A stretch of DNA of 64,000 bases from Candidatus Poribacteria bacterium (GCA_965116925.1 OZ220744.1:2816001-2880000); one strand, 5' to 3'. Numbered from the stretch's first letter, positions 46,457 to 57,030 are shown. The notes: a model not told the origin generated them from the letters alone. Translations and numbers: made by a program.

Positions 46457-48907
46457 ATGAATCCCAAACATATCATCACCAACCTTTTCGGAATACTGCT
46501 TGCCTTTTTCGCCCTAGGCACCGTAAATGCTTCGGCACAAAATACGCTCTCACAAGAAGAGAAGCGATTTGACCTTAACGGCAATGGTCGATTGAATGAA
46601 GACGAAAAAGAGATAATGATTGATACAATCGCTATCGAAGCCTTCACAGGAGTACAATTCACCGCACAGGAAATCCGGGCAGAACACGGTGGCAGCGAGC
46701 GAGGTCGTCGCGGAGGCAGGCGTGGACCGCGCCGATCAGAGAAGATCCTCAACCGCTTTGACACAGACAAAGATGGCAGGTTAAGCAATGTAGAGCGAGA
46801 AGCCGCGCGCAAATATATCCACGAGAGTCGAGGCGAACGAGGTGCGTCACGTCCATCTGGAGCCACTTTGCCTCATACAACACACGAAGATGATCTGAAA
46901 GCAAGCATCGCTGCCCAGCCTAACGGCGATCCTGACCTCTATGATGCAAACACAATCCGTACCCTTTATCTCCGATTCCATGATGCGGACTGGTACGAAC
47001 AACTCGGCGACTTCTATCGAACTGATGTCGATGTGCCAGCGGACTTAATCGTTGATGGGAAGGTCTATCAATCTGTCGGTATCAGGTTCCGCGGTAGTTC
47101 CTCCTATTTTACAGTTCAGAACGAGAAAAAGTCATTCAATATCGCTGTTGACTACGGGGACGACAGGCAACGGCTCTACGGCTACAAAACGCTGAATCTA
47201 CTGAACGGTCATTCCGATCCCTCCTTCCTCCGCGAAATCCTCTATTCAAGAATTGCTCGCAACTATATCCCCGCCCCAAAGGCGAACTTCGTCAAACTGG
47301 TCATCAACGGGGAAAGTTGGGGGATTTACGTCAATAGCCAACAATTCAACAAAGATTTCCTCGACGAATGGTTCGGGACCAAAGGTGGGGTGCGCTGGAA
47401 GGTCCCGCCCGGACGCGATAGCGGCTTAGTTTATAATGGAGACCAACCCGCTGCCTATCAACAATCCTACCAACTCAAAACGAGGGTAGAGGAGGCACCA
47501 AACGCTTGGCAAGATCTTATTGAGTTATGCGAGGTTCTTGAAAGCACACCCGACGACCAACTTGAATCTAAACTATCCGCGATTCTTAACATTGATCGGG
47601 CACTCTGGTTCCTTGCGCTGGACAACGTGTTCATAGATAACGACGGATATTTCAGTCGCGCAAGCGATTACGCGCTCTATCAAGACCTAAAAGGTCGTTT
47701 CCATCTGCTGCCACACGATAGTAACGAGACGTTCCGATTCGCCGGTGGCGGCGGTCCAAACTCTTGGCAGACCGATGGACAAATGTTATCTCCTGTTTCT
47801 CAGGAAAACGATATGATGCGACCCGTCATCAGGCGTCTATTTGCCATCCCACATCTCCGCGCACGGTATCTCGCTCACATTCGCACCATTACCGACAAAT
47901 GGCTCGATTGGGATGTGCTCCAACCAATTATTGCGGAATACCAATCGCTCGTTGACGCCGAAGTGAAGGCGGACGATAAAAAGCTCTACACTTACGAAGC
48001 ATTCGCCACAAGCCAAACTAAAGACCAAGGCGGTGGGGGAGGTGGTGGACGTGGTGGCAGAGGGGGGAGAAGCACGCCAAGCTTCAAGCGTTTTGTTGAG
48101 GAACGAGCGGAATACCTGCTCAATCACCCCGAAATCAACAAGCCCACACCAACCATCACCTCCGTTTCCAAGCCCAAAGAACCGATGGCGAGCCAACCCG
48201 TACAGATCACCGCTGAGATTGATAGAGGTGTTAATGTCAGCGCAGTTATCTTGTATTACGCAGACGGACGATTGGCATCCTTTCAGAGTGCGCCAATGTC
48301 AAAAGATGGCGCGGTCTACGTGGGCGAGATTCCCGCTTTTCCCGCTGGAGAGAAGATCCGTTACTACGTCGAAGCTCGATCCACTAAATCGCGCAGCGCG
48401 ACAACGTTTTTCCCAGCCAAAACCGAATTCGCACCGTTGACCTACCGTGTCAACGCATCTATTGCCGACAGTTCTCCGGTAGTTATTAATGAACTGATGG
48501 CGAGTAATACGAAGGGGCTCGCTGATCCGCAGGGCGACAATGATGACTGGATCGAACTGCACAACGTGAGCGATTATGCGGTCAATCTATCAGGGATGTA
48601 TCTGACTGATAACCAGAACAACCCACGTAAGTGGCAGTTTCCCGATGATACTCAGATCGCCCCCGGCGGTTACCTGATTGTTTGGGCGGATGAAGATGGC
48701 AACGCCGAACCGGGGCTCCATGCCAACTTCAAACTCTCTAGGAATGGAGAAACGGTCATGCTCGTTGACACGGATCAGCGAGGAAATCAGGTGCTTGACG
48801 TCATTAAATTTAAGGCACAAGGGGAAGATGTCGCACTCGGTCGAGTGCCCAACGGCACTGGTAACTTTATGTCATTAAAGGGAACACCGGGGCAACGGAA
48901 TAACTGA
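46457..48907 (+). CDS. Secreted CotH kinase family protein with EF-hands and a C-terminal lamin-tail domain
   Basis: DLNGNGRL and DTDKDGRL EF loops; GIRFRGSSS, KKSFNI, LLPHDSNETF; VVINELMASN..DWIELHN. Confidence 0.88.
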   Translation: MNPKHIITNLFGILLAFFALGTVNASAQNTLSQEEKRFDLNGNGRLNEDEKEIMIDTIAIEAFTGVQFTAQEIRAEHGGSERGRRGGRRGPRRSEKILNRFDTDKDGRLSNVEREAARKYIHESRGERGASRPSGATLPHTTHEDDLKASIAAQPNGDPDLYDANTIRTLYLRFHDADWYEQLGDFYRTDVDVPADLIVDGKVYQSVGIRFRGSSSYFTVQNEKKSFNIAVDYGDDRQRLYGYKTLNLLNGHSDPSFLREILYSRIARNYIPAPKANFVKLVINGESWGIYVNSQQFNKDFLDEWFGTKGGVRWKVPPGRDSGLVYNGDQPAAYQQSYQLKTRVEEAPNAWQDLIELCEVLESTPDDQLESKLSAILNIDRALWFLALDNVFIDNDGYFSRASDYALYQDLKGRFHLLPHDSNETFRFAGGGGPNSWQTDGQMLSPVSQENDMMRPVIRRLFAIPHLRARYLAHIRTITDKWLDWDVLQPIIAEYQSLVDAEVKADDKKLYTYEAFATSQTKDQGGGGGGGRGGRGGRSTPSFKRFVEERAEYLLNHPEINKPTPTITSVSKPKEPMASQPVQITAEIDRGVNVSAVILYYADGRLASFQSAPMSKDGAVYVGEIPAFPAGEKIRYYVEARSTKSRSATTFFPAKTEFAPLTYRVNASIADSSPVVINELMASNTKGLADPQGDNDDWIELHNVSDYAVNLSGMYLTDNQNNPRKWQFPDDTQIAPGGYLIVWADEDGNAEPGLHANFKLSRNGETVMLVDTDQRGNQVLDVIKFKAQGEDVALGRVPNGTGNFMSLKGTPGQRNN

Positions 48908-48959
48908 GGTAGGCAGACAGACTTATCACGAATGTCGCTACCCGACAAGGGGCATAACC

Positions 48960-50090
48960 TTGAATAAAATCAACAGACGCGACGCCCTGAAGGTCACCGC
49001 CGGTGCACTCCTTGCAGGAGCTGGAATCCCCACAAACCGTCCGTCGGCGGCGAAACGTATTGATGATTCAACTTCAATCAACCCGACGCGCCAATCAGTT
49101 AAACCACCCAAACTAGTCCCCCAAGATACTGTAGGCATTGTATCACCGGCAATGTCATTTTTCACAATTCATGAGTCTGCCTTGCAACGGGGGGTTGCAT
49201 ATTTGGAGCAGGCAGGATTACACGTTCAACTTGCACCGCACACGCTTGACCAACGGCAGCACCTAAATCCACCGGCCCAACACCGAGCCGAAGATTTAAA
49301 CCAGATGTTTGCCAACCCAAAGATAAAAGCCATTTTTTGTCTGTCCGGCGGTTCAGGTGTCAATGCGGTTCTGCCATTACTGGACTGGGAACAGATTGAG
49401 AAATCACCCAAAATTGTGATGGGCTATAGTGCGATAACCGCCCTGTTGATTGGTCTATACGCAAAGGTAGGTCTGACCACATTTCACGGACCAATGATTC
49501 TAAACGGTTTCAGCGAATATCCGCAGCCCTTCCCCTATACATGGCAGAGCCTCGAACAGATGTTATTCAAGGCAGAACCGGTCGGCACACTAAAACCGCC
49601 TACACAATGGACGGATGCCTATACGAGCGAGGACCAGCCACGCGCAATGAAACCGAATCCGGGCTGGCACTGGTTGAGAGAGGGAAAAGCGAGCGGACCA
49701 TTAATTGGCGGGAATTTAAGCGTTATGTTGACGTTGGTCGGTACGCCATATTGGGTTCCGTTGCGAGGCGCGATCTTGTGCGTTGAGGAGGTCAACTTCG
49801 GTAGCGGACTGCTACGCAAAGTTGATGAATCACTCGCCCAATGTCAACAGATAGGACTGTTCGATCAGATTGCAGGCTTAGTTATCGGTAAGGTTAATGA
49901 ACTCTCTGAGGAAGAAGGAAAGCTCTTTGAATCGTTAATCCTTGAATACACAGGGGGTTCCAAATTTCCGATCTTGACAGGGGTAGATTTTGGTCATACA
50001 GCACCTCAACTGACGCTTCCCATCGGCATTCAAGCCTCCCTCGATTCACAACAAGACCGATTCAGTATAGATGAAGCAGCTGTACGGTAA
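48960..50090 (+). CDS. Tat-exported LD-carboxypeptidase (peptidase S66, MccF-like)
   Basis: RRDALK Tat motif; GYS, FHGP, GGNL, EE, DFGHT. Confidence 0.88.
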   Translation: MNKINRRDALKVTAGALLAGAGIPTNRPSAAKRIDDSTSINPTRQSVKPPKLVPQDTVGIVSPAMSFFTIHESALQRGVAYLEQAGLHVQLAPHTLDQRQHLNPPAQHRAEDLNQMFANPKIKAIFCLSGGSGVNAVLPLLDWEQIEKSPKIVMGYSAITALLIGLYAKVGLTTFHGPMILNGFSEYPQPFPYTWQSLEQMLFKAEPVGTLKPPTQWTDAYTSEDQPRAMKPNPGWHWLREGKASGPLIGGNLSVMLTLVGTPYWVPLRGAILCVEEVNFGSGLLRKVDESLAQCQQIGLFDQIAGLVIGKVNELSEEEGKLFESLILEYTGGSKFPILTGVDFGHTAPQLTLPIGIQASLDSQQDRFSIDEAAVR

Positions 50091-50147
50091 CACCAAATCA
50101 GGACTCCAGCCCAAAACACCGCACCCGTATCCGGTTCAATACCGGTA

Positions 50148-50288
50148 TGAAACCTGTAGGTCGAGATTCACATCTCGACAATTATGTGCTAAACCGAATA
50201 CCACCCCCGTAGGTCGGGCATCTTGCCCGACTCTTCCAACCAGTTCATACCGGCGTGAAACCTGTAGGTCGAGATTCACATCTCGACA
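50148..50288. repeat. Cluster of three GTAG-footed REP hairpins
   Basis: TGAAACCTGTAGGTCGAGATTCACATCTCGACA twice, plus GTAGGTCGGGCATCTTGCCCGAC. Confidence 0.85.
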
Positions 50289-50319
50289 CATAAATAGCAA
50301 TAGTAGAATTGACGATACG

Positions 50320-50961
50320 ATGACAAAAGCAGCCGTACTGTGGACAGGCGGAAAAGATTCCGCCCTCGCGCTTCACCTCTCCCTAAATCTCTACGATATA
50401 AGCGGTCTGATCTGCTTTGTCCCGGCAGACAACCGGCCATTCTACGCACATCCACAGCAGCTCATGGCACTACAGGCACAGAAGATCGGTATCCCAATTG
50501 AATTTATGCCGATTTCCGAACCTTACAAACAGAGCTACCGGCAACAGATTGAGACGATTAAAGATGCGGGAATCGAGGTATTAATTACGGGCGATATTTC
50601 TACTGTCGGTGGAATGCCCAATTGGATTGACGAGGTTGCTGCAGGTTTGGTGGGCGTCGAGAAACCGTTGTGGGAATTGGATCGGGGCGCAATATTGGAT
50701 ACCCTCGCCGCCAACCAATTTGAAGTGGTCTGCTCCCTTGCTTACAAAAAGCACTTTCAGACGACTATCACTGGAAGGTATTTGGATCTGGAACTGATTT
50801 CGCAACTGAAGCAGCTGCCGATCGATCCTTGCGGTGAGCAGGGCGAATATCACACATGGGTACTGGACGCGCCATTTTTCAAGGCACCTGTGCAGCTAGA
50901 AGGCACACGGATTGTTGACACCTCCGAATATTGTTACCTCACCTATCAAAGTGCCATTTAG
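50320..50961 (+). CDS. PP-loop ATPase, diphthine-ammonia ligase-like (MJ0570) family
   Basis: WTGGKDS, GDI, PLW, DPCGEQGEYHT.V.DAP.F. Confidence 0.88.
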   Translation: MTKAAVLWTGGKDSALALHLSLNLYDISGLICFVPADNRPFYAHPQQLMALQAQKIGIPIEFMPISEPYKQSYRQQIETIKDAGIEVLITGDISTVGGMPNWIDEVAAGLVGVEKPLWELDRGAILDTLAANQFEVVCSLAYKKHFQTTITGRYLDLELISQLKQLPIDPCGEQGEYHTWVLDAPFFKAPVQLEGTRIVDTSEYCYLTYQSAI

Positions 50962-51013
50962 CACGCTCAGTTTAGGCATCGGTGCTATACAGAGTTTTCC
51001 ACCCGATTAGAAC

Positions 51014-51064
51014 AAAAAAAGGATCCTTGCAAGCGTATTAATACCCTTACAAGGATCCCTTTTT
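51014..51064. terminator. Bidirectional terminator between convergent genes
   Basis: A-run, GGATCCTTG...CAAGGATCC, T-run. Confidence 0.75.
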
Positions 51065-51096
51065 CAAACCCCTCATCGAATTTACGATGTCAATCT

Positions 51097-52212
51097 CTAA
51101 CCCGTCAGCACCTCTTTCAAACGATTAGCGACAATTAGCTCCTCACCTTCACGGAGGGTATAAGCATTAATAACAACAGTATCGTCGCTAGCGTTTGCCC
51201 TAATACGAGGAGTGCCGGCTTCTAGCGCATCATTCACCTGCGCCGCACTCTGACCGACAGTCGCCTCGTCAACGGTAATGTGAAGACTAGACAGTGTGTG
51301 ACTCCTTTCAGCGTAGACGATTCCCGTTGATACGCCGGCGATGCCTTCAAGCACCTGCGAAATCGCGTTGTATCGAGCATCTTGGTCCTTTGAGCGCTGC
51401 TCATGATCGGTTGAGAACCAATTCTCAATCGCCGTCAAAAGCCCAACAATCTCCTGCCGATCTACCTTCATCCCTCGACCAAGCGGACGCGGCGCGATAA
51501 AACCGTGGGCTGTCACCTCTTCGATTAAATCCTGCCTACCACACACGAACCCGGTGGAGTGCGGTGCGTTGAAGTATTTACCACCAAAGCAGACCAGATC
51601 CGCGCAATTGGCATTCCGTTTGAAATAATCGAGCGGATAGATTTGTGCCGCGCTATCAGCGATGGCAAGGACATTGTTTCGGTGCGCTATCTCGACCGCT
51701 TCCTCAAGCGAGACACCGCCCTCCTTTTCAGCCTGAACGAGGTAGATAATTGCAGCTGTGTTAGGACCGATAGCGTTCTCAAACTCCTCCGCTGTACACC
51801 CTTCCTCATCTCCCACAAGGACTAGTTTGCTTCCGGGCACACTGTAAGCCCTATCGTAGCCGTATCGCTGGTACTTCTGGAATACCAGTTCGTCCTTCAA
51901 CCCCGTGGTATCCGGGAGCTGATCCCTTTTTTCTGGATGCTGATAAGTCATGGCAGCCGCGGAACTCAGCACCATCGCAGCATAGCAGCCCGCTGTGACA
52001 TAAGCCGCTTCGACATCTAGAAATGAAGCGATAAAATCCCCGGACTTCCTGAGAAACGTCTCCATATCCACGAAATTCACGTCCGCGCCATCTATTGCTG
52101 CCTTTACCGCTGCGGAGGGCGTAGAGCCACCGCGTACGGTTTGGTTACCCACAGCATTGATCAACGGACGTACACCGAACCTTGTATAAATATTATCTGT
52201 CGCTGTAGCCAT
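51097..52212 (-). CDS. SelA-like PLP enzyme (D-glucosaminate-6-phosphate ammonia-lyase-like)
   Basis: GVRPLINA.G..T..GGS, DSAAQ, FGGK, GRGMKVDRQEIVGL. Confidence 0.85.
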   Translation of the reverse strand: MATATDNIYTRFGVRPLINAVGNQTVRGGSTPSAAVKAAIDGADVNFVDMETFLRKSGDFIASFLDVEAAYVTAGCYAAMVLSSAAAMTYQHPEKRDQLPDTTGLKDELVFQKYQRYGYDRAYSVPGSKLVLVGDEEGCTAEEFENAIGPNTAAIIYLVQAEKEGGVSLEEAVEIAHRNNVLAIADSAAQIYPLDYFKRNANCADLVCFGGKYFNAPHSTGFVCGRQDLIEEVTAHGFIAPRPLGRGMKVDRQEIVGLLTAIENWFSTDHEQRSKDQDARYNAISQVLEGIAGVSTGIVYAERSHTLSSLHITVDEATVGQSAAQVNDALEAGTPRIRANASDDTVVINAYTLREGEELIVANRLKEVLTG

Positions 52213-52434
52213 TATAACCTCCGTATCATTGTGCATCGTAGATTCTTTGCTACGGCTGAACCCTCACGCTCCGATTTGAATAGGCACAGCCGGAAGCTTA
52301 CCGAACAATTGAAAACCTGAATACACTCATTTTAGCACGGATGCAAATTCGTGTCAATTCTAAATGATTTGTCGATGTATATCTTGTGAATTACTTGAGC
52401 GTGACAAATTTCTATGATTTAATCAGAAACAGAA

Positions 52435-52463
52435 TTGACAAGTAAATTTCGCTCTGCTATAAT
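52435..52463 (+). promoter_or_regulatory. Consensus sigma70 promoter
   Basis: TTGACA-N17-TATAAT. Confidence 0.85.
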
Positions 52464-52528
52464 GCAATGGGGCTGATTCAACTAGGACTATCTGTAGTCT
52501 AGATTTACCAATCTTTTTGGAGGACATA

Positions 52529-53662
52529 ATGAGCAGTGTGCGCTATGGGGTCATTGGAATCAAAGGCGTCGGCAGCAAGCATGTAAGCATGGCGCAGGAG
52601 CATGAAAATGTAGAGCTGACGGCGTTGGTGGATCTCGACGAAGCAGCCGTCAAGACGCAATCCCAAGAGCTGGGCGTACGTGCGTTCACCGATTATCAAG
52701 AGATGCTAAATGCCGGGATTGTTGATGCGGTATCGATTGCCACACCGCACCACCTACACTCAATCATCGGCTTAGAGTGCCTGAACGCGGGCGTGAATGT
52801 TTTCACTGAGAAACCGCTCGCCAACACCGTATCGGACGCAGACGCTATGATCGAGACGGCGAAAGCGCACGACCTGAAAATCTGTGTCGGACACCAATAC
52901 CGAACCTATCGAACCCCTCAGACGATGAAGCATCTGATTGATACCGGCGCAATTGGAAATATTATGCGCGTGCTCTGGACATGGATTGAGTTTCGACCAG
53001 AAAGCTACTATGACCGTGACATCTGGCGCCAGACATGGCGACATGCCGGTGGCGGTGTGTTGATGAATCAGACAAGCCATGACCTAGACCTAATCTGCTG
53101 GCTGGTTGGCAAACCGGTCCAAGTCTCCGCAATAATTGGCAACCAATTCCATAAAATGGAAGTGGAAGATGTAGTTTGTGCAAACTTGCTGTTTGAAAAC
53201 AGTGCCTTCGGTTCGATCCAACTCACAATTAATCAACCAAGGGGCTACAGTATTCGTCAAATCGCTGGCGACAAAGGGACGATAGCGATTCCGGATGTAC
53301 AGAGCCTGACCAATAACCGGGAAGACCACATCCTACTCGGCACCTATGAGAATGCGCTGACGGACCTCGTGGGACAGACACCCCGCATCGCTGGACAACC
53401 AGAGATTTCATGGCAGCCCGTTGAGTTGCGAGATGAACCCGGCGGACATGATGTGCTGATGGATAGCTTTATCGATGCGATCCTCAACGGTGGTGAGCCG
53501 TTGGTCAACGGTGTGAGCGCACTGACCGCTGTCGAGTTAATCAACGCCATCGTGCTTTCGGCAATGCGGGGGAAGACCGTTGATGTGCCGGTAGATCGAG
53601 AGGAGTATGACGACTTGTTTGAAGGGTTAAGCAATGGCAGCTTGCAGACCCCTAGATTTTAG
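52529..53662 (+). CDS. Gfo/Idh/MocA family oxidoreductase
   Basis: GVIGIKGVG, ATPH..H, EKPLA, GGGVLMNQTSHDLD. Confidence 0.92.
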   Translation: MSSVRYGVIGIKGVGSKHVSMAQEHENVELTALVDLDEAAVKTQSQELGVRAFTDYQEMLNAGIVDAVSIATPHHLHSIIGLECLNAGVNVFTEKPLANTVSDADAMIETAKAHDLKICVGHQYRTYRTPQTMKHLIDTGAIGNIMRVLWTWIEFRPESYYDRDIWRQTWRHAGGGVLMNQTSHDLDLICWLVGKPVQVSAIIGNQFHKMEVEDVVCANLLFENSAFGSIQLTINQPRGYSIRQIAGDKGTIAIPDVQSLTNNREDHILLGTYENALTDLVGQTPRIAGQPEISWQPVELRDEPGGHDVLMDSFIDAILNGGEPLVNGVSALTAVELINAIVLSAMRGKTVDVPVDREEYDDLFEGLSNGSLQTPRF

Positions 53663-53743
53663 ACAGCCGGTAGGGAACGCAGATCTGCGTTCCCTCATGA
53701 TAGAAACTACTAAAGATTTTACTGTGTTGGAAGGAGGTTGTGT

Positions 53744-54985
53744 ATGGCTTTGCCATCAAATCGCGTTGACCTGATTCACAACTTCGTGAAGGAAGGAATT
53801 GATTTTCAGCATGGACGCATTGAGACGGAATCGGATCCGCTTTGGAAAGCGTTATGTCTGGCTGGCTCTGAACTGTGGTTGGACACCGGCGATATTGAAG
53901 CTGCGACTGCGTTATGGGCTGACGAGTTTACTGCCCTAACAACTAATAACACCTTGCTCAACGCCGAAGTACAGAAAGGAATTTACGACGACTTAATCCA
54001 GAAGGCAGCTGGTGCGCTCACCGGGCTGGATATTCAAACGCAGATTATTGAGATTGCTTTTATCTTAAACGCGCGTCATGGACTTCGCTTGGCGCAACGT
54101 TTCGGTGGCAAGGTGAGTGTAGAACTTCACACCATTCTGGCACACGATATTGAGCGCAGCGTCTCCTACGGTCAACGCTATTACGAAATCTGTCCTGAAC
54201 ACTTTATTATTAAAGTGCCTTTGACACCCTCCGGCTTGATTGCTATGCGCCGCTTGCGGGAAGATGGGATACCGGTCAATTTCACGCTGGGATTCAGTGC
54301 GCGCCATAACTTCGTCGCAACCGCTTTTGGTGCCCCTTCCTACGTTAATGTGTTCCTCGGGCGGCTCAATTCCTACATCGCGGATCAGCAGTTGGGGGAC
54401 GGTAAATTAGTCGGCGAAAAGGCAGTCCTTGCCAGCCAGCGCGTGGTGAAAAACCTTTCCCAAGATAATCAGGAACCGACACGCCAGATCGCCGCAAGTT
54501 TGAGGGCGGCGACTCAACTGCCGTATCTGGTCGGGATTGATGTCTTTACTATGCCCGTAAACGTTGCTGCCGATGCCAAGAAAGAACTTTCGGGAGAATG
54601 GGAATCGAGCATCGAAAACGAATATACGGTTCATCTCAACGACGGTGTCAGTGATTCGGATCTTCGGATAGACACACTCTGGGAGATTTCGGAGTCCGAT
54701 AGACAACTGACCGATAGCTTAATAGCAGACGTCCCCCAGACAGCGGACGAAATTGTGAATCGGGCGCATGATCTGGGGGCCGGGGATCTATTCCCCAAAC
54801 TTTCCGACGAAGAACTCGCCCAAATCGCAGATGATGGCAAAATACCCAAACATGAAATCTGGGGAGGGCGGATAAAATCCGGTGAACTCGCCATTGACAC
54901 ACTTTTGAACCTTGCCGGACTCGCATCGTTTGAGAGCGATCAGGGGGAACTAGATGACCGTATTGAGAAGCTAATTGCCCGATAA
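53744..54985 (+). CDS. Transaldolase family protein
   Basis: LWLDTGD, TTNNTL, VSVE, IIKVP, NFTLGFS, FLGRL, AASLR. Confidence 0.88.
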   Translation: MALPSNRVDLIHNFVKEGIDFQHGRIETESDPLWKALCLAGSELWLDTGDIEAATALWADEFTALTTNNTLLNAEVQKGIYDDLIQKAAGALTGLDIQTQIIEIAFILNARHGLRLAQRFGGKVSVELHTILAHDIERSVSYGQRYYEICPEHFIIKVPLTPSGLIAMRRLREDGIPVNFTLGFSARHNFVATAFGAPSYVNVFLGRLNSYIADQQLGDGKLVGEKAVLASQRVVKNLSQDNQEPTRQIAASLRAATQLPYLVGIDVFTMPVNVAADAKKELSGEWESSIENEYTVHLNDGVSDSDLRIDTLWEISESDRQLTDSLIADVPQTADEIVNRAHDLGAGDLFPKLSDEELAQIADDGKIPKHEIWGGRIKSGELAIDTLLNLAGLASFESDQGELDDRIEKLIAR

Positions 54986-55177
54986 ACAGTTTGAAGTCCC
55001 TTCCATCCGCCATACGCGCCAGGCATATTTTCAGGGAACAACCGCTGTTGTCCCTTATCTACTTATGAATCGGAGACAGTGTGAAAATTACAAAGGTTGA
55101 AATGATTTACCCGCAGCAGGGTCCCCTTATCATTGTAACCTCTTCCCATTGCCTACCCAAGAAGGGAGTGATGCCAT

Positions 55178-56977
55178 ATCCGTAACTTATTCTTAAATCT
55201 CAAACCGTATATTATTCGCTACCGCGTCGCTGTTATCGCGAGTTTTTTCTTTGTGCTAGCAACGAACGCTGTGATTGTGGTACAACCAAAACTGTTGAAG
55301 TGGGCATTTGATGGTCTGGAAACAAGCATCGTGGTGCTGCCAGAACCGTTGAAGTGGGCATTTAGTGGTGTGGAAGGAGAGATTACCTATTGGAAGGTCT
55401 CTTTTTTGGCAGCACTCATTTTTGGCATTGCCTTGGTTGGAGGCGCGCTTCGATTTGGCCAACGTCAGGTCATCCAAAGTGCAGCGAGGCGGATGGAATA
55501 TCAGCTGCGGAACGATTTCTTCACGCACCTTCAAAAGCTGCCTGCGTCTTACTATAACGATGTCCGCACGGGCGATCTAATGGCGCGAGCGACCAGCGAC
55601 ATGAACTCTATCCGGATGGTTCTCAGCATGGGGATCTCATACATCGCGGACGCGCTCATCTTCTTTGCCCTGGCACTCGTGATTATGCTGGATATTGACG
55701 TACAGTTGACGCTTGTGGCACTTCTGCCGTACCCGATCCTCGCTGTCTTGATAAAGGAATTGGGAAAGCGGGTCTACAGATATCACACGCGAATCCAAGA
55801 AGGCTTTGCTACAATGAACACCAAAGTACAGGAGAATCTGTCCGGTGTGCGTGTTGTCAAAGCGTATACGCTCGAAAAGAGTGAGATTGAGGAATTTGAA
55901 GTATATAACCGAGACTTCGTACAACGTAATCGCGATCGAATTCGAGTGACAACCTTCTTCTTTCCGTTGTTCCGATTCTTACCCGGACTCGGTATCGCTG
56001 CGCTCCTCTGGCTCGGTGGTATCCGTGTAGTCGAAGGAACCATCACGTTTGGTGATTTTGTATCTTTCAGCGCCTATCTGATGATGTTCATTCGTCCGAT
56101 GATTACGTTTGGCTTTATCGTCAATACCTTCCAACAAGGTGCAGCGTCAATGGAACGAATCCGTAGGATTCTTGATGTGAAGCCTGAAATCGCCGATGGA
56201 GAAACGACACGCCAAGACATCAACACGATTCACGGCGAAATCGAATTTAGAAACCTCAGATTCGCTTATCCTCGCGGGGAACCAATTCTGAAAAATATCA
56301 ATCTCAAGATTCCGCGCGGATCAACAGTTGCAATTGTCGGAACCACCGGCAGCGGTAAAACTACCTTGATTAACCTCATCTCCCGCATCCGTCAAGCAGC
56401 GCGGGGTATGGTCTTCATTGACGGCGTTGATATTCAAGATATCCCGCTGCAACTCCTCAGATCAAACATTGGTGTCGTTGAACAGGAGCCTTTCCTCTTC
56501 TCTGACCTCTTGCGGAACAACATCACCTACGGCGTTGGTGATACCAACGAAGTCGAGATCAAGGAGATCGCACACACCGCTGATCTCCTCGAACAGATCG
56601 AGGAGTTTCCCGAGGGATTAGATACGTTTTTGGGTGAGCGCGGGCAAACCATTTCAGGCGGACAGAAACAACGGACTGCGCTCGCACGCGCAATCATGAT
56701 CAAGCCGAAGATTCTGATCTTGGACGATGCTTTCGCAAGCGTAGATACGAATACTGAGGACACCATCCTCACACGCCTGAACGAGATTATGGAAGGTTGC
56801 ACGACAGTCCTCATATCGCACCGCATTTCGACTGTCAAAGCGGCAGATCTAATCATCGTCTTGGAAGACGGGGAGATTGTCGAACGCGGTACGCATGAGG
56901 AATTACTAGCGCATAACGGTATTTATGCCGGTATCCATGAGAAACAGTTGTTGCAAGAAGAGCTAGAAGCACTTTAG
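55178..56977 (+). CDS. ABC exporter half-transporter (TMD plus NBD); start anomalous
   Basis: GTTGSGKT, ISGGQKQR, ILDD, SHR; frame open from 55172 but no ATG/GTG/TTG before 55253. Confidence 0.88.
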   Translation: MRNLFLNLKPYIIRYRVAVIASFFFVLATNAVIVVQPKLLKWAFDGLETSIVVLPEPLKWAFSGVEGEITYWKVSFLAALIFGIALVGGALRFGQRQVIQSAARRMEYQLRNDFFTHLQKLPASYYNDVRTGDLMARATSDMNSIRMVLSMGISYIADALIFFALALVIMLDIDVQLTLVALLPYPILAVLIKELGKRVYRYHTRIQEGFATMNTKVQENLSGVRVVKAYTLEKSEIEEFEVYNRDFVQRNRDRIRVTTFFFPLFRFLPGLGIAALLWLGGIRVVEGTITFGDFVSFSAYLMMFIRPMITFGFIVNTFQQGAASMERIRRILDVKPEIADGETTRQDINTIHGEIEFRNLRFAYPRGEPILKNINLKIPRGSTVAIVGTTGSGKTTLINLISRIRQAARGMVFIDGVDIQDIPLQLLRSNIGVVEQEPFLFSDLLRNNITYGVGDTNEVEIKEIAHTADLLEQIEEFPEGLDTFLGERGQTISGGQKQRTALARAIMIKPKILILDDAFASVDTNTEDTILTRLNEIMEGCTTVLISHRISTVKAADLIIVLEDGEIVERGTHEELLAHNGIYAGIHEKQLLQEELEAL

Positions 56978-57030
56978 ATCCCCTCCTAACCCTTACTTGC
57001 TGCATATCAGACTGATTTTCTTGGACAGAG

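Noticed and set aside
50148..50288. 33-bp direct repeat pair as a mini-CRISPR
   Set aside because: Only two copies, a spacer of about 75 bp containing another REP, and GTAG-hairpin structure typical of REPs.
50071..50319. N-terminal extension of the 296-aa ORF with repeated ETCRSRFTSR
   Set aside because: It is read-through of REP repeats; family similarity begins at MTKAAVLWTGGKDS (50320).
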